Origin: Octopus sinensis
Lineage: Eukaryota
Reading direction: 5' to 3'
Assembly (NCBI RefSeq): GCF_006345805.1
Contig: NC_043004.1
Location: forward strand, 1,798,001-1,862,000
DNA: 64,000 nucleotides
The position numbers and the translations under genes are program-made. Of this stretch, positions 37,761 through 50,005 are shown piece by piece; positions within the stretch are counted from its first letter, which is position 1, and each line of letters opens with the position of its first letter. Below the pieces are notes generated by a model that saw only the letters and a list, made by a program, of their open reading frames with translations, searched no databases and was not told where the DNA came from.

Positions 37761-38304
37761 TTGGATTGTCCGGAAAGTTCGTTCCGATTTTTAAAGGAAA
37801 CTAAAGGTCACTAAATATTTGCCATTACATTTTTAATGAACCAAATCTGAACCATTTCGTTGCACAATGGTTCTCCATCTTTCCTTTACCTTGAAAATAC
37901 CCTCTTCCCAGAATTGGGGTGGTTTCAAGGCAAAGAATTCGTCAAGGTATCTTTTTACGTCATCTAAGGAATTGAAATTTTTACCATTAAGACTTTTCTG
38001 CAGAGACCTGAATAAGTGGAATTCCGAAGGAGCAATATCTGGGGAATAGGGAGGGTGGGGCTAACACATCCCAGCCGAGCTGCAGCAATTTTTGTCTGGT
38101 TCCCAAAGCATCAAGTGCCGAAAATGAACTTTCTCATCTTTTATTTTAAAGGGTTACAGAATTAATACAGGTTATAGGAACATAAACCTTCTTCCACGGA
38201 AAGATAGCTTAAACTGTGCTCTAAATGGAGATGTAGTCAAATCCCATTTTATGGACTCAAAGATAAGCTACAATAAATCGGCACGAACTTTCCGGACAAC
38301 CCAA
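37761..38304 (-). mobile_element. Internally deleted mariner transposon
   Basis: TIRs TTGGATTGTCCGGAAAGTTCGTTCCGATTT / AAATCGGCACGAACTTTCCGGACAACCCAA with TA flanks. Minus strand gives PHPPYSPDIAPSEFHLFRSLQ..KERWRTIV. Confidence 0.9.
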
Positions 38305-38550
38305 TATTTCTATATTTTTATCATGAAACTCTTAAAATAAATATGTGTATATTCGTATGGAATAATACCTCATATGCTACATCTGAATTTTCTTGTCTGA
38401 ATGTTTTAAGACAAATATCCGAAATTTTTTATCGTATACCACATTTTATTAATACTTAGCTCATATACGGAGACAAAAATGTTGTACTATATACTGCAGG
38501 TTATCTCCATTAAAACTCTCGTATTATATACATTATATATATATAATATA

Positions 38551-39505
38551 CACGCTGGCGAAAATAAATTTAAGACCGATGATAAAAGTTCTATTTCTTA
38601 GAAAATATTCGGCTACAAGTCCTTTGCCGATCTTTATAGTGACCAGTCTCCGAGTATAACTTCCACGCTTGCACGCAAGCCAGTTTACTGCACTTTAGTT
38701 GCTTGCTGATGTTCGAAAAGGAAACTTTTTGCTGTAATATACGATTTTTGCTCTCGTGACTGGACTAAGGCTACGTTGTTTTTCCATTATTAATAAATTG
38801 TATAATAACATTAAATTATAATTTCCAGTTCACTCAGCTGTAGAAATGAGTTGCGACGTCACTGGTGCCAAGCTGTATCGACCTTTGTCTTTCCCTTGGA
38901 TAACACTGGTGGCGTGGAGAGGGGAGGTCGGTATGCATGGGCGACTACTGGTCTTCCATAAAAACAACCTTGCCCAGACTTGTGCCTCAGAGGGTAACTC
39001 TCTAGGTGCAAACCCATGGTCACTCATGACCGAAGGGGGTCTTTACCCTTTATATGGTGCATTTAAGCTCGTTGTGTGACCACCCATTTTGGCCAAAAGA
39101 ATTGCATACATATTACATGGTCTTAAACTAATTTTGCCGGTAAATTTGAAACGTTTATATTACGTTCTGAGTTCAAATTCCGCCGAGGTCCACTTTACCT
39201 TTCATCCTTTCGGGGTCGATAAATTAAGTACCAGTTACGTACTGCGGTCAATGTAATCGACTTAATCCGTTTGTCTGTCCTTGTTTGTCCCCTCTATGTT
39301 TAGCCCCTTGTGGGCAGTAAAGAAATATATATTAATTTAGCATTAGAATTCTTCAAGTTGTATAAAAATTGTCTGCATCATTCGAAAGAGAAATAAATTT
39401 TGCATAAGGTGTAAAAGATATAAATAATTTGTATGGTGTTAGTAACAAAATATTTTGTAAGAAATACAACTTTTATCGTCAGTCTCAAATATATTTTCGC
39501 CAGTG
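38551..39505. mobile_element. Tc1-like non-autonomous element with a family A SINE (~39160-39326) inside
   Basis: TIRs CACGCTGGCGAAAATAAATTTAAGAC / GTCTCAAATATATTTTCGCCAGTG with TA flanks. Confidence 0.65.
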
Positions 39506-39513
39506 TATATATC

Positions 39514-41273
39514 TCAGGTCATCCCATAAGTTCTGTCCGAATTTTGGATAAAGAATCCAAGTGATTAAATATAATATTTAATTGAAAGTTAATCCTCAAT
39601 GTACTTTCCCTGATTATCTATGACTTACTCCCATCTATTTTCAAGCTTTTTAATCCCATCAATGTAAAACTCTTTTGGCTTCAAAGCGAAGAATTCTGAA
39701 ATGTCAGGTTCGACCTCCTCCTGGCTTGCGAAAGTTGTGTCCCCCCTAATAATTATGTAAACTATGAAACAAATGGTATCCTGAAGGAATAAGGTCGGGA
39801 GAATAAGTTGGATGAAGAAATTTTTCTAAACCGACCTCTTTGATCTTCTGTGATGTGATCTTTGCAGTGTGGTGTTGCGCATTGTCCTGATGAAACATCA
39901 CTCGTTTTCGACTCACTAAAGCTGCTCTTTTTTCCTTCAAAGCTTGGTTCAAACGCTCTAATTGCTGACAGTAGACTTGAGCATTGATTGTTGCATTAGG
40001 TGGTAACAATATAAAGTGAATTACGCCTTTGCAATCGCACTAGATAGAGCAGAACCTTTTCCCCATGAAGTTCCCTTCTCGCTTATGGTTGATCATTTTC
40101 CCTTTTACCAAGCCACTGTTTACGACGTTTAACATTTCGATAGAAAATCCATTTTTCGTCACAAGTCTATCGAAAAAGGGTGAAATGAGTTTGCGAGAAT
40201 GGAGAGAAGAGCAGATGTCAACTCGGGATTTACGGTTGCTTTCGGACAATACATGAGGCACCTATTTTCCAAGTTTAGGAATCTTTCCACGTTGTTGAAG
40301 ATGATGATGAACTGTTGTATGGTTTGAAGCAAGCTTTATTGCCAATACTTCAACTGATAATGACGGATTTTCTTCAAGTAATGTAGACGGGCGAATGATT
40401 TTCAGATAAATTGGATGAAAATATCAATTTTACGAAAAACTTTGTTGTTCAGTGACAAAGCTACGTTTTATGTAAATGGTGAGGTCAACAGACAGAATCG
40501 TCTATACTGGTCTCGAGGTAATCCACATTAGATGGATCCACCCAAACAGCAAGGCAGCAAAAAGGTGATGGTGTGGTGTGGTTTGTGGAAAGCTCATGTT
40601 CTAGGACCCTTCTTCATTGAACATGTAACGGATGAGACTTATGTAAACATATTGAGAGACAAATTGATATCTCAAATTGAGCGCCTAGGCGAGGGCCTTC
40701 TGAATTGGTTTCAGCAGGATGGGGCCCCTGCCCATTTTGCCACAACTGTTAGAGATTGGCTTAATGACACTTTTCCTCACTGGATTGGAAGGAAGGCTCA
40801 TATGGAAAGCTTCTCTCTTTCGCCAGACCTTTCTCCCCTTGATTTCTTTTTCTGGGGTATGTTGAAATAGAAATATTACAATAAAGATTACAGATTTAAA
40901 GCACATGAGAGAACGCATTACCAGTCAGTGTGCTGAAATTGATGGCAATGTAGACTTATTTAATCAAGTTCACCTGAATTTTGCAAGGCGCATCAAGTTA
41001 TGCATTGAAAATGATGGAAATCACTTTGAAAATATTATTTAACATTATAATTAAATAAAATTGTTTTGTTTTAAAAGTACGTGTTAATCCCCATGTACGC
41101 AGACTTTGTGGACACCGTCTATTATTTTGTAAAACAATATTGAATTAGTTTAAACGTACACAAATGCATAAAAATAATTTTTAATCGAATTAGACATTTG
41201 AAAATACTATGAAATTTCATTCAAATCTAAGTAAAAAAAGGTAAAATTGGACAGAACTGATTGGATGACTTGA
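39514..41273 (-). mobile_element. Mariner (DD34D) transposon, decayed, interrupted by a second Tc1/mariner element
   Basis: TIRs TCAGGTCATCCCATAAGTTCTGTCCGAATTTT / AAAATTGGACAGAACTGATTGGATGACTTGA. Transposase fragments include VPHVLSE and FHQDNA..HPTYSPDLIPSGYHLF (third Asp changed to Gly). Confidence 0.9.
40385..41120 (+). mobile_element. DD40D/DD41D-type (rosa/Visitor-like) Tc1/mariner transposase fragment
   Basis: LFSDKATFYVNGEVNRQN..KVMVWCG..WFQQDGAPAH..SPDLSPLDFFFWGMLK, with 40 residues between the second and third Asp. Confidence 0.85.
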
Positions 41274-43089
41274 TATATATAATCTATGATATTCTAGTGG
41301 ATTTCAAGTTTATAACACCTTGATATCTCATATTATCTCATTTTATATGCCCAAGACGTTTATTTTCTATTCTGGTTTTTATATATTTCTATACATTATA
41401 TTTGTATCTATAATTTATTTTAAGCCGAAACATAATACGATCCTTGTATAAACGAAAGAACAAGAATGTCCTCTGAAACTTTTATCTTCCACCGGTGTTT
41501 GTAATCGATGGTAACATGTGCGATGCTTTTGCGACTATCTTATATTTTACAGAGAAATTGGAAGCCCCGGATGTAAGCCACCACTTTATGCATAATACAA
41601 TATTTATAGTTCTCTATTTCTAACTGAAATTCCGTCTTCAATAGTCATAGATCTCTATTTCTAACTGTAATTCTTTTTCTTCTCGTTCAGTTTATAACTA
41701 TAACACGCATTCTTGTCTGTCTCTCGACAAATCTTTTTTTCTCCAGCGTTCACCACTTCACCTCGTTAGGGTTAAAAAGCCCTTACCGAATGTTTTCACT
41801 GTCCTGTTTTTGTTAGCAGTTTTGACGTTCCACGTATCTCAGATTTTATTTAATTTGCTTTGGGGGAGCAATTGCTTTGACGAAGACGCATCTTGTTGCA
41901 CTGCTCGCAATACAGAGTAGGTAAACCTGCCAACAATTGAGGAAGGGTTATTTTTTTATGCTGCCTTCGCGCTATGGTTCTCTCTATATAATGGAAATTC
42001 TTCCCTTCCCAACCCAACCCAACCCAACCCGTTTGTAATAGTGACAGTAATGCCATTGCGTCGACTGTTGGTCGGTAGCTGCGTACAGTCACCTCAATGT
42101 CGGTTCATAGTGCTAGTTTGGTATAAATTTATTAAATTAAAAATTTGGAGTAATAAAACACATTAACATATTAAAAAGACGAATTAAAATTCCAGACAAA
42201 AATACATAAAAGATAAATATACAAATTTACAAAAATACATAAAAGTTCATAAAAGTTTCTGAGATGCACCAACTAATATGAAACATATCATATATTTGAA
42301 ATTGACACTCCCCTCGTTAGGATGATTTTTACACACAACACATAGCACACGGAAACAAATGCACAATTATATACCTGCTACATGCGACAGACCAGACATT
42401 TCGTACTCACAAAAATTCTCATAGATACTGAATGCTACTTTATAAGCATATAATTCAATCTAGCAGCTATAGTAAACGGTATGTGCACAGCTCCATCTGG
42501 ACTAATTCACTTCTGCACTCAATTAAATTTTTCACCTTTTAATTTCTCATATTCATGCAAAACCACATATTCGAGTTCAAGTCCTTGATACATTATATAC
42601 TAATTGCTATTTTTTCTTTTAATTGTTATATTACGATTTAATTACCACTTTAATAAAATAAAATATATTTAATTACTACTTACTATATTTACTATATTTA
42701 ATTCAATTGTTATTATTACCTCTAACTTTTATTGCAATTTGTATTTCTAAATTTCTTATAGAACGTCGAGAGTATCTTATGCGTACAATATATTTTTATA
42801 TGATGTTTATATATTTATATATTACTATATATTTCCAAACGTCGGGCTTTATGTCTGTTCTGTAGATATAAATGAATATATGAATATATGTATGTGTTTG
42901 ATCTTTCTGTGGATTTTGTAGTGCTCTTGTAGTTGCTGCTCGCATTGCCTCCCCTCGGATTAAAATGTGTATACAGCTCATTTGAGCACTACTATTCCAG
43001 TCTGTTATATATTTTGAGCGTTGTTGTCACTAACGATCTCAAGATATAACTTTATATTTTGTAAAATATATATATATACATACACGTAA

Positions 43090-43435
43090 TACTGAAATAG
43101 TGGATTAGATATGATATTGCTGTGGGCTCGCTCTAGGCAAGAAGTTAAACATTTCTTTTTGCCCATGACACTACATGGATCCTAAGTAAGGCATGTGTAA
43201 AATTTGAAAGAAATTGGTTGTGTAGTTCTCAAGTTTTAGGGAATCTGAGTGGAGAAGATATGATATTGCTCTGGGCTCGCCCTCGGCAAAAAGTTAAAAA
43301 AGATTTGCCGATGACACTCCCCGAACCCTAAGTAAAGCATGTTTAAAATTTGAATGAAATTGGTTGTGTAGTTCTCAAGTTGTAGGGAAACACACAGACA
43401 GACAGACACACATTCTCAGTTTTATATATATAGAT
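43090..43435 (+). mobile_element. Helitron/DINE-like non-autonomous element 3' part with two ~150-bp internal tandem repeats
   Basis: GATATGATATTGCT..GGGCTCGC..CTAAGTAA..AAATTGGTTGTGTAGTTCTCAAGTT occurs twice, ending in ACAGACAGACA..TTTTATATATATAGAT. Confidence 0.5.
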
Positions 43436-45182
43436 ATATACATATATATATGCGTCGGTTCATGAGAAAAAAGAAAATGAATGTGCTAATGTTGGCAACA
43501 TTTCCGATAAGAAGGGTCAGCGGAGAAATGAGGTACAATGGCATAATTTGAACTTTTACCCAAATGGAAGAATGTAATCCCTTAAAACACGTAGCTTACA
43601 TTGGTATAGATAATCCTGAGCCTCGTCCATATTTACTGCCATTGTCCTCGTTAAGTATGGTCATTTTAAGCTTTTACATTTTCGAACTCTTTGAAATGGT
43701 TCACACTTTTCGTTGGATCTCTATCCAGGAAACCTGAAAATATGAACAGAAATCACAACCTTTTCTTTAAAAACTTTCATCTATCCTTGTTTAGGATTCT
43801 AAAAGCTTTTGCTTATATTCAATCTATTATTTACAATCATTTTTATATTTCATTAATTCGATGTATTTTTTCATATCATTATTATTAAAATTATTTGGTA
43901 AATAACATTTTTGTTCCTCATATAGTAATATTCATTCGTTTTATCGCCAAATCTATTATCAGCGGTGGATCTTCATATTCCCCTTTATCTAATGTTTGTT
44001 TATGTTTTCATGTCTTTCCCAGAAATTTCATAAATAATGTCAAGTGAAAAATCTGCCTATGATAAAATCTCAGTTCAACATCGCAGAATAATATTACACA
44101 CACATACACACATACACATTGATGGATGGATGTACAAAAGGAAAGAGGAAAAAAAGAGAAAGCGAGAGTAAGTATCTAATCTAAATACACGAATAACACA
44201 TCGTGTTGCAAATATATATATGCCTTTGACACCCTGGCCCTTTATGAAATAATTTAAAACATATTTGTGCGATAAAGGACAAAAATTCTATATAACTATT
44301 GTTTATTTTTAAGTGAAGGTATTTGTAGAAGCTTATCAATGCAGCATTAAAGGTTTTTTGAAAGAGATGTCTGCTTTAATCTAGAATATCATTTATTCTC
44401 GCAGAAAATAACATACATGATCAGCAACAATTTGGTTTTTTGTGCTCTGCTCCGTTTGCATTCTATGTTATAATCGAGGTGGCATACACACACATGCACA
44501 TACATATACACATACATATAAACACACATACTCACACACATGTACACTCACACACACTAACACACACACACTATCACAAACACACACTCACATGCACATA
44601 TATATATATACACACATTCTCACACATACACACATGCAAACACATACACACATGCGCAATCACACTCACTAATACAAACACATACATTCACACACATATA
44701 TCAAACACGATTATATGAACAAGATATTGCATATTTAAACATGCCATGCATCGCTCCATCCTGTGTTGCACTAAATTTGGTGCACATAAAAAATGCAAGT
44801 GCATTAATGAGAAACATTCTTATGATAATCGTAATGAATTTCTACAATTTTATTTTTTATGGTTTTACTGAACTTTTGGCCATAATTGGCACTGGTCATG
44901 TCTCTCTATATATCATTACCTTGAGTAGCAGCCTTTGAAGCCATGTTTCAGTACATCACAAGAGGAAAGTTGTGGTTGGCAAAAATAAGTCAGAACCAAT
45001 TCAGGTAAGAAAGTTGACGCAAGGGTGTTATGATGTTATGAGCTCAATTTTGTAAGGCGTGCATGGTTCTGTGGTCAAGCTTTGAGTGGCTTACACTTTG
45101 GACAATGCTCATGGCTGCATAGGAGATAAAGTGTAAACTTTTGAAACGATATCAATAATAATATAATAATAATATAACAAGT

Positions 45183-45552
45183 AGGCGTAGGAGTGGCTGT
45201 GTGGTAAATAGCTTGCTTACGAACCACATGGTTCCGGGCTCAGTCCCACTGCGTGGCATCTTGGGTAATTATCTTCTACTAAAGCCTCGGTCCGACCAAG
45301 GCCTTGTGAGTGGATTTGATAGACGGAAACTGAAAGAAGCCCGTCGTATATATGTATATATATGTGTGTGTGTATGTTTGTGTGTCTGTGTTTGTCCCCC
45401 CAATATCGCTTGACAACCGATGCTGGTGAGTTTACGTCCCCGTAACTTAGCGGTTCGGCAAAAGATAGAATAAGCACTAGGCTTACAAAGTCCTGGGATC
45501 GAATTGCTCCAGCATAGCCACAGTCAAATGACTGAAACAAGTAAAAGAGTAA
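45183..45552 (+). mobile_element. Family B SINE, near full length
   Basis: GGAGTGGCTGTGTGGTAA head through GACTGAAACAAGTAAAAGAG tail. Confidence 0.9.
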
Positions 45553-45968
45553 TAAATAAAGTCTGTTCCGTCGTGATCGTTTTGTGGGGTGTTTCAGTTA
45601 ACCTAATGATTTATTTTGTGAACGGAGACAATACTCTGTCACAATATTTAAGATGAGACCTAGAAACTACATAGAAGAGAACACTGACGGTAGCAGGATC
45701 ACTGGACCGAAAAAGCTCGAAGGACCCATGAGAAAATTCTGTGGACCATAACGAGATTATTTTGTTGAGTGTACTCCAACTTTGGTTTCGTCCACAGTTA
45801 CTCCTATCTCTCTGATGATACTTCTAGCTACGAGGAGCTTGCACGAAGGAAGAGAATATGGCTGTTAAAGCTGTTAAATGGTATATATTTTAGTATATAT
45901 CTAAGTCAACTACATTAGTGCCACAGAATTGCTTCTGTAGAATCTTCATCATATCTTTAGTATTATTA

Positions 45969-46500
45969 TGAAGAATATGAAGGCGGTGGGCTGGTAGAAT
46001 CGTCAGCACGCCGGGCGAAATGCTTACCGGTATTTCGTCTGTCTTAACGTTTTGAGTTCAAATTCCCCCGAAGTTGGCTTTGCCTTTCATCATTTCGGGG
46101 TCAATATATTAAGTACCTGTTGCGTACTGGAATCGATGTAATCAACTGGCCTCCTCCTTAAAAATTTCGCGCCTTGTGCCTAGAGTATAAAAAAATATCA
46201 TGAAGTTTGTGAAGGCGGTGAGCAGCTAGAATCATTAGCACGATAGACAAAATGCTTAGCAGTGTTTCGTCTGTTTTTATGTTTTGAGTTCAAATTCCGC
46301 CTGGTTCAACTTTGCCTTTCATCCTTCGGGGTCGATGAATTAAGCACCAGTGAAACACTGGGGTCAATATAATCGACTGACCCTCTCCCCCAAATTTAGG
46401 GTCTGGTGCATATAAATGAAAGTATTATTGTGAAGAATGTGAAGGCAGTGATCTGACAGAATCTTTAGCAAGCCGGGTGAACTGCTTAGCGGTATTTATG
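45969..46500 (+). mobile_element. Three tandem family A SINE units (~231-bp period; third truncated)
   Basis: TGAAG(AAT/TTT)RTGAAGGC at 45969, 46201 and 46431, each followed by SINE A sequence. Confidence 0.85.
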
Positions 46501-46587
46501 CAATTTACCCCAAATCTCTCGCAATCTCTTCCTTTCTCTCACTCTTTCATTCCCTCTCTTTCTCAATATATAAGGCACACGCAGAGA

Positions 46588-46968
46588 GAAGGCATGGCTG
46601 TGTGGTAAGAGCTTGCTTCCCAACCACATAGTTCCTGTTTCAGTTCTACTGCCTGGCACATTGAGCAAGTGTTTTCTTCTATAACCTCGGGCCGACCAAA
46701 TCCTTGTGAGAGGATTTGGTAGGCAGAAACTGAAAATGTGTGTGTGTGTGTGTGTGTGTGTATCAGTGTGTGTGAGTTTGTCCCCCCACCATCGCTTGAC
46801 AGCCAATGCTGCTGTATTTACGTCCCCGTAATCTAGCGGTTCGGTAAAACTGACCGATAGAATAAGTACTAGACTTACAAAGAATAAGTCTCGGGGTCCA
46901 TTTGTTCGACTAAAGGCGGTGCTCCAGCATGGCCGCAGTCAAATGACTGGAACAAGTAAAAGAATAAA
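46588..46968 (+). mobile_element. Family B SINE, near full length
   Basis: Head, internal (GT)n and tail are all present. Confidence 0.9.
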
Positions 46969-47289
46969 AGAATATATGTCGGTCTGCCTTGGGGCTGTTT
47001 TGATACATTACGGGGGTATATGCCATGTGACTGTGAGTAAATATTCAATTCTTTGTTCAGATCCATTCTCCGTTGCTGACAACAAAAGAGTTTTAGTTAT
47101 AAATTGAAAGTAATTTTTCGTCACTGCTGTAAGCATGAGACAATCATTTGTACTCGACAATCAGTAACTTAAAACCTGCAAACAGTATCTTTAAAATATG
47201 CTGTGCAACACTAACGTATTCGTGCTGAAATTTTTCTATTGAATGAAATTGCCTGAAAATTCACAGATACTATTATTTTGTTTAAAATA

Positions 47290-47680
47290 TTCGGTTGTCA
47301 AGAAAGTTCTTGCAATTTTTAACCTTTAAATTCAGATGCACATATCTCTGCTCAAACAAAACTTTATTAATCGAAATAAACACCATCAGAATCAACGCAC
47401 TTTTGCCAACACAAAACAAGTTTATTTATGCCAGTAGCGTAGAAATCCTGCGTTCTGGTGATCATAAAGTCGTTGAAGGCGTGTATGGCATCGTCTTGGT
47501 GTTTGAAGCATTTCTCACGCAGGAAGTTGTCGAGATGCTTGAAAAGTGGTAGTCGGTAGCGCGAAAAACGAGCATTAAAATGATATATAAAGTCAAAGTA
47601 ATTTAAGGAAAATTACTTTGAAAATATATCATTTAAAACCAAAATTTTAAATTCCGCAAGATCTTTCTTGACAAACCTAA
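47290..47680 (-). mobile_element. Internally deleted mariner (MITE-like)
   Basis: TIRs TTCGGTTGTCAAGAAAGTTCTTGC / GCAAGATCTTTCTTGACAAACCTAA with TA flanks. Minus strand gives TDYHFFKHLDNFLREK..GINKLVLCWQKCVDSDGVYFD*. Confidence 0.9.
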
Positions 47681-48096
47681 TAACAACGGAAAAAAAATCC
47701 ATTGAAATCCGTTTGTTACAGACTGCATACACGTTAAGAACATGCTTCATTCTTTGACATAGATCGTATACAAATCACAATTTGTATCAAGTATTTGTTT
47801 CATACCCTTAAGGATCAGTTTAAAACGGACGATCGGCGTTAATTGGCTAAGCTGTCAAGTATGAGAGGAACATCATTCTCCTGTAAACCAAACGAATAAA
47901 TACTCTACACTTGCGGTATTAGCATCTAAAGTAGTGATTCGCAACTGAGGTCCATATGGCCCATAGACGTCCACATAAGATTATTCTGTTAAAATTTATG
48001 TTCAATAAATCGGTTATATTTCTAAAAATTGACTAAATATTTTAACATGCTCTTTTATATTATTCCAAATAATCGTTTTCATTATAGGCACAAGAC

Positions 48097-48465
48097 ATGA
48101 AATTTGGGGAAGGGGCCAGCAGATTAGATCGACTCCAGTACTCAAACAGGTACTTAATGTATCGACCTCGAAAGGATGAAAGGCAAAGTCGGCTGAATTC
48201 GAACTCAGAATGTAAAGACAGACGAAATATCTATTTCTTTACTATCCACAAGGGGCTACACACAGAGGGGACAAACAAGGACAGACTGACGGATTAAGTC
48301 GATTGCATCGACCCCAGTGCGTAACTGGTACTTAATTTATCGACCCCGAAAGGATGAAAGGCAAAGTCGACCTCCGCGGAATTTGAACTCAGAACGTAGG
48401 GGCAGACAAAATGCCGCTAAGCATTTCGCCCGTCGTACTAACGTTACTGCCAGCTCGCCGCCTTA
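48097..48465 (-). mobile_element. Family A SINE dimer
   Basis: Full unit 48234-48465 plus a 5'-truncated unit 48097-48233. Confidence 0.9.
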
Positions 48466-48496
48466 ATAATGTTCCTAATAATATTAAGGCGGCCAT

Positions 48497-48727
48497 AGGC
48501 GGCGAGCTGGCAGAATCGTTAGCACGCCGGGCAAAATGCTTAGCGGTATTTCGTCTGCCACTACGTTCTGAGTTCAAATTCCGCCGAGGTCGACTTTGAC
48601 TTTCATCCTTTCGGAGGTCGATTAAATAAGTACCAGTTACGCACTGGTGTTAATGTAATCGATTAATCCCTTTGTCTATCCTTGTTTGTCCCCTCTATGT
48701 TTAGTCCCCTGTGAGCAATAAAGAAAT
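48497..48727 (+). mobile_element. Family A SINE, full length, head-to-head with the preceding copy
   Basis: GGCGGCGAGCTGGCAGAATCGTTAGCACG..TAAAAGAAAT. Confidence 0.9.
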
Positions 48728-48898
48728 ATATATATTTTAATAATATTCAACTATAAAAATAGGATGAGATTTTTTAACAGAGGAATCATATTTGACCATC
48801 CGTAAAAAAAGGAATCATAGTTGACCATCTGTAAAAACTGTGTGAGAACTACGGATCTAAACGATAAATACTAAGTAAGCATTCCTGTTTTCCTGTTT

Positions 48899-49387
48899 TT
48901 AACGCTTTCATTACCAGCCCGGCTGAAACCACCTCTGGCTCTGTAATACAAATATCTTGTTTTCGAAAGGTCTGAATTAAAGTCTTCTGTTAAACTTTAG
49001 TCACAATTTATGTTCCTAACACTTGCTTAATGATAGCTAAGTTATTTTACTAAATTCTTTGTTATGTTTAAAATTAATTGAAGGAATCACAGAACTTCTC
49101 AACAAAAATATGGCGACAAAATAGTTAAAAGTACTCGAGCTAGTGCCACATTAAAAGACACTGCTGGTGCTACATTAAGCCTTTTGATACCAACCTGGCT
49201 AAAACTACCTCTGGTTTTGAGTACAAATGTCTTGTGTTCAAACATTCTGAATTAAAATCTTCCACTAAACCTCAGTCACACTTTATGTTCCTAACACTTG
49301 CTTAATAACTAAGTTATTTTACAAAATTCTTTGTTACATTTAAAATTAATTGAAAGAAACACAGAACATCTCAACAGAAATATGGTG
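48899..49387. mobile_element. Two diverged tandem piggyBac-like MITEs
   Basis: Copy 1 (48899-49128) is bounded by TTAA with decayed CCCTTT/AAAGGG-type termini. Copy 2 (49175-49387) is homologous and truncated. Confidence 0.55.
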
Positions 49388-49962
49388 TATATATATTAGA
49401 TATATACACGGTTGCCAATTGTGGGACGAAACGCAAAATTTAAATTATCTTTCATTAGTTTAATGATGTTGTACTGTGGTCATACAGTTAATTGTTATTT
49501 TAAATTCAAGGTCACTAGTAGTTCGTTTCATGTATCTTTAGATAAATATTAAGTAGGAATCCAAGAAAGAATTGTTCATAACAATGGATACATGTGGAAG
49601 AGTCATGGAAGGATATGTAACACAAACTAAAGTTTCTGACCAGTTCTTGCAATTGAGGGCTATTAAGACGAACAATGGAGTGTCTGGAGAGAAAAGTAGA
49701 GCGAAAATAATTACTAATATGCTGTAAAACTGGCGACGGACATTATGCAACGAAAGGTAAAAAGGGAAGAAATAGAAAGATATAAAATTGAAGAAATGAA
49801 GTGAAATGCCATCAAAGACAGGCTAGACTATCACGTTGACAAAAATGAACAGAGAATACTTTTTAATGAGTAGAATAAAAATAGTCATTGCAACGAAACA
49901 AAACGGCAGATAGTGGCCTAATAAAGAAATTATAAACAAAGATGAGAACCAATACGCACGCC

Positions 49963-50005
<43 letters not shown>

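Noticed and set aside
44932-45004. 73-bp plus-strand open exon candidate (FEAMFQYITRGKLW..)
   Set aside because: Weak acceptor, no homology recognised and no compatible neighbouring exon.
48497-48590. tRNA genes at SINE heads
   Set aside because: A/B boxes are present but there is no cloverleaf, and each runs into a SINE body.
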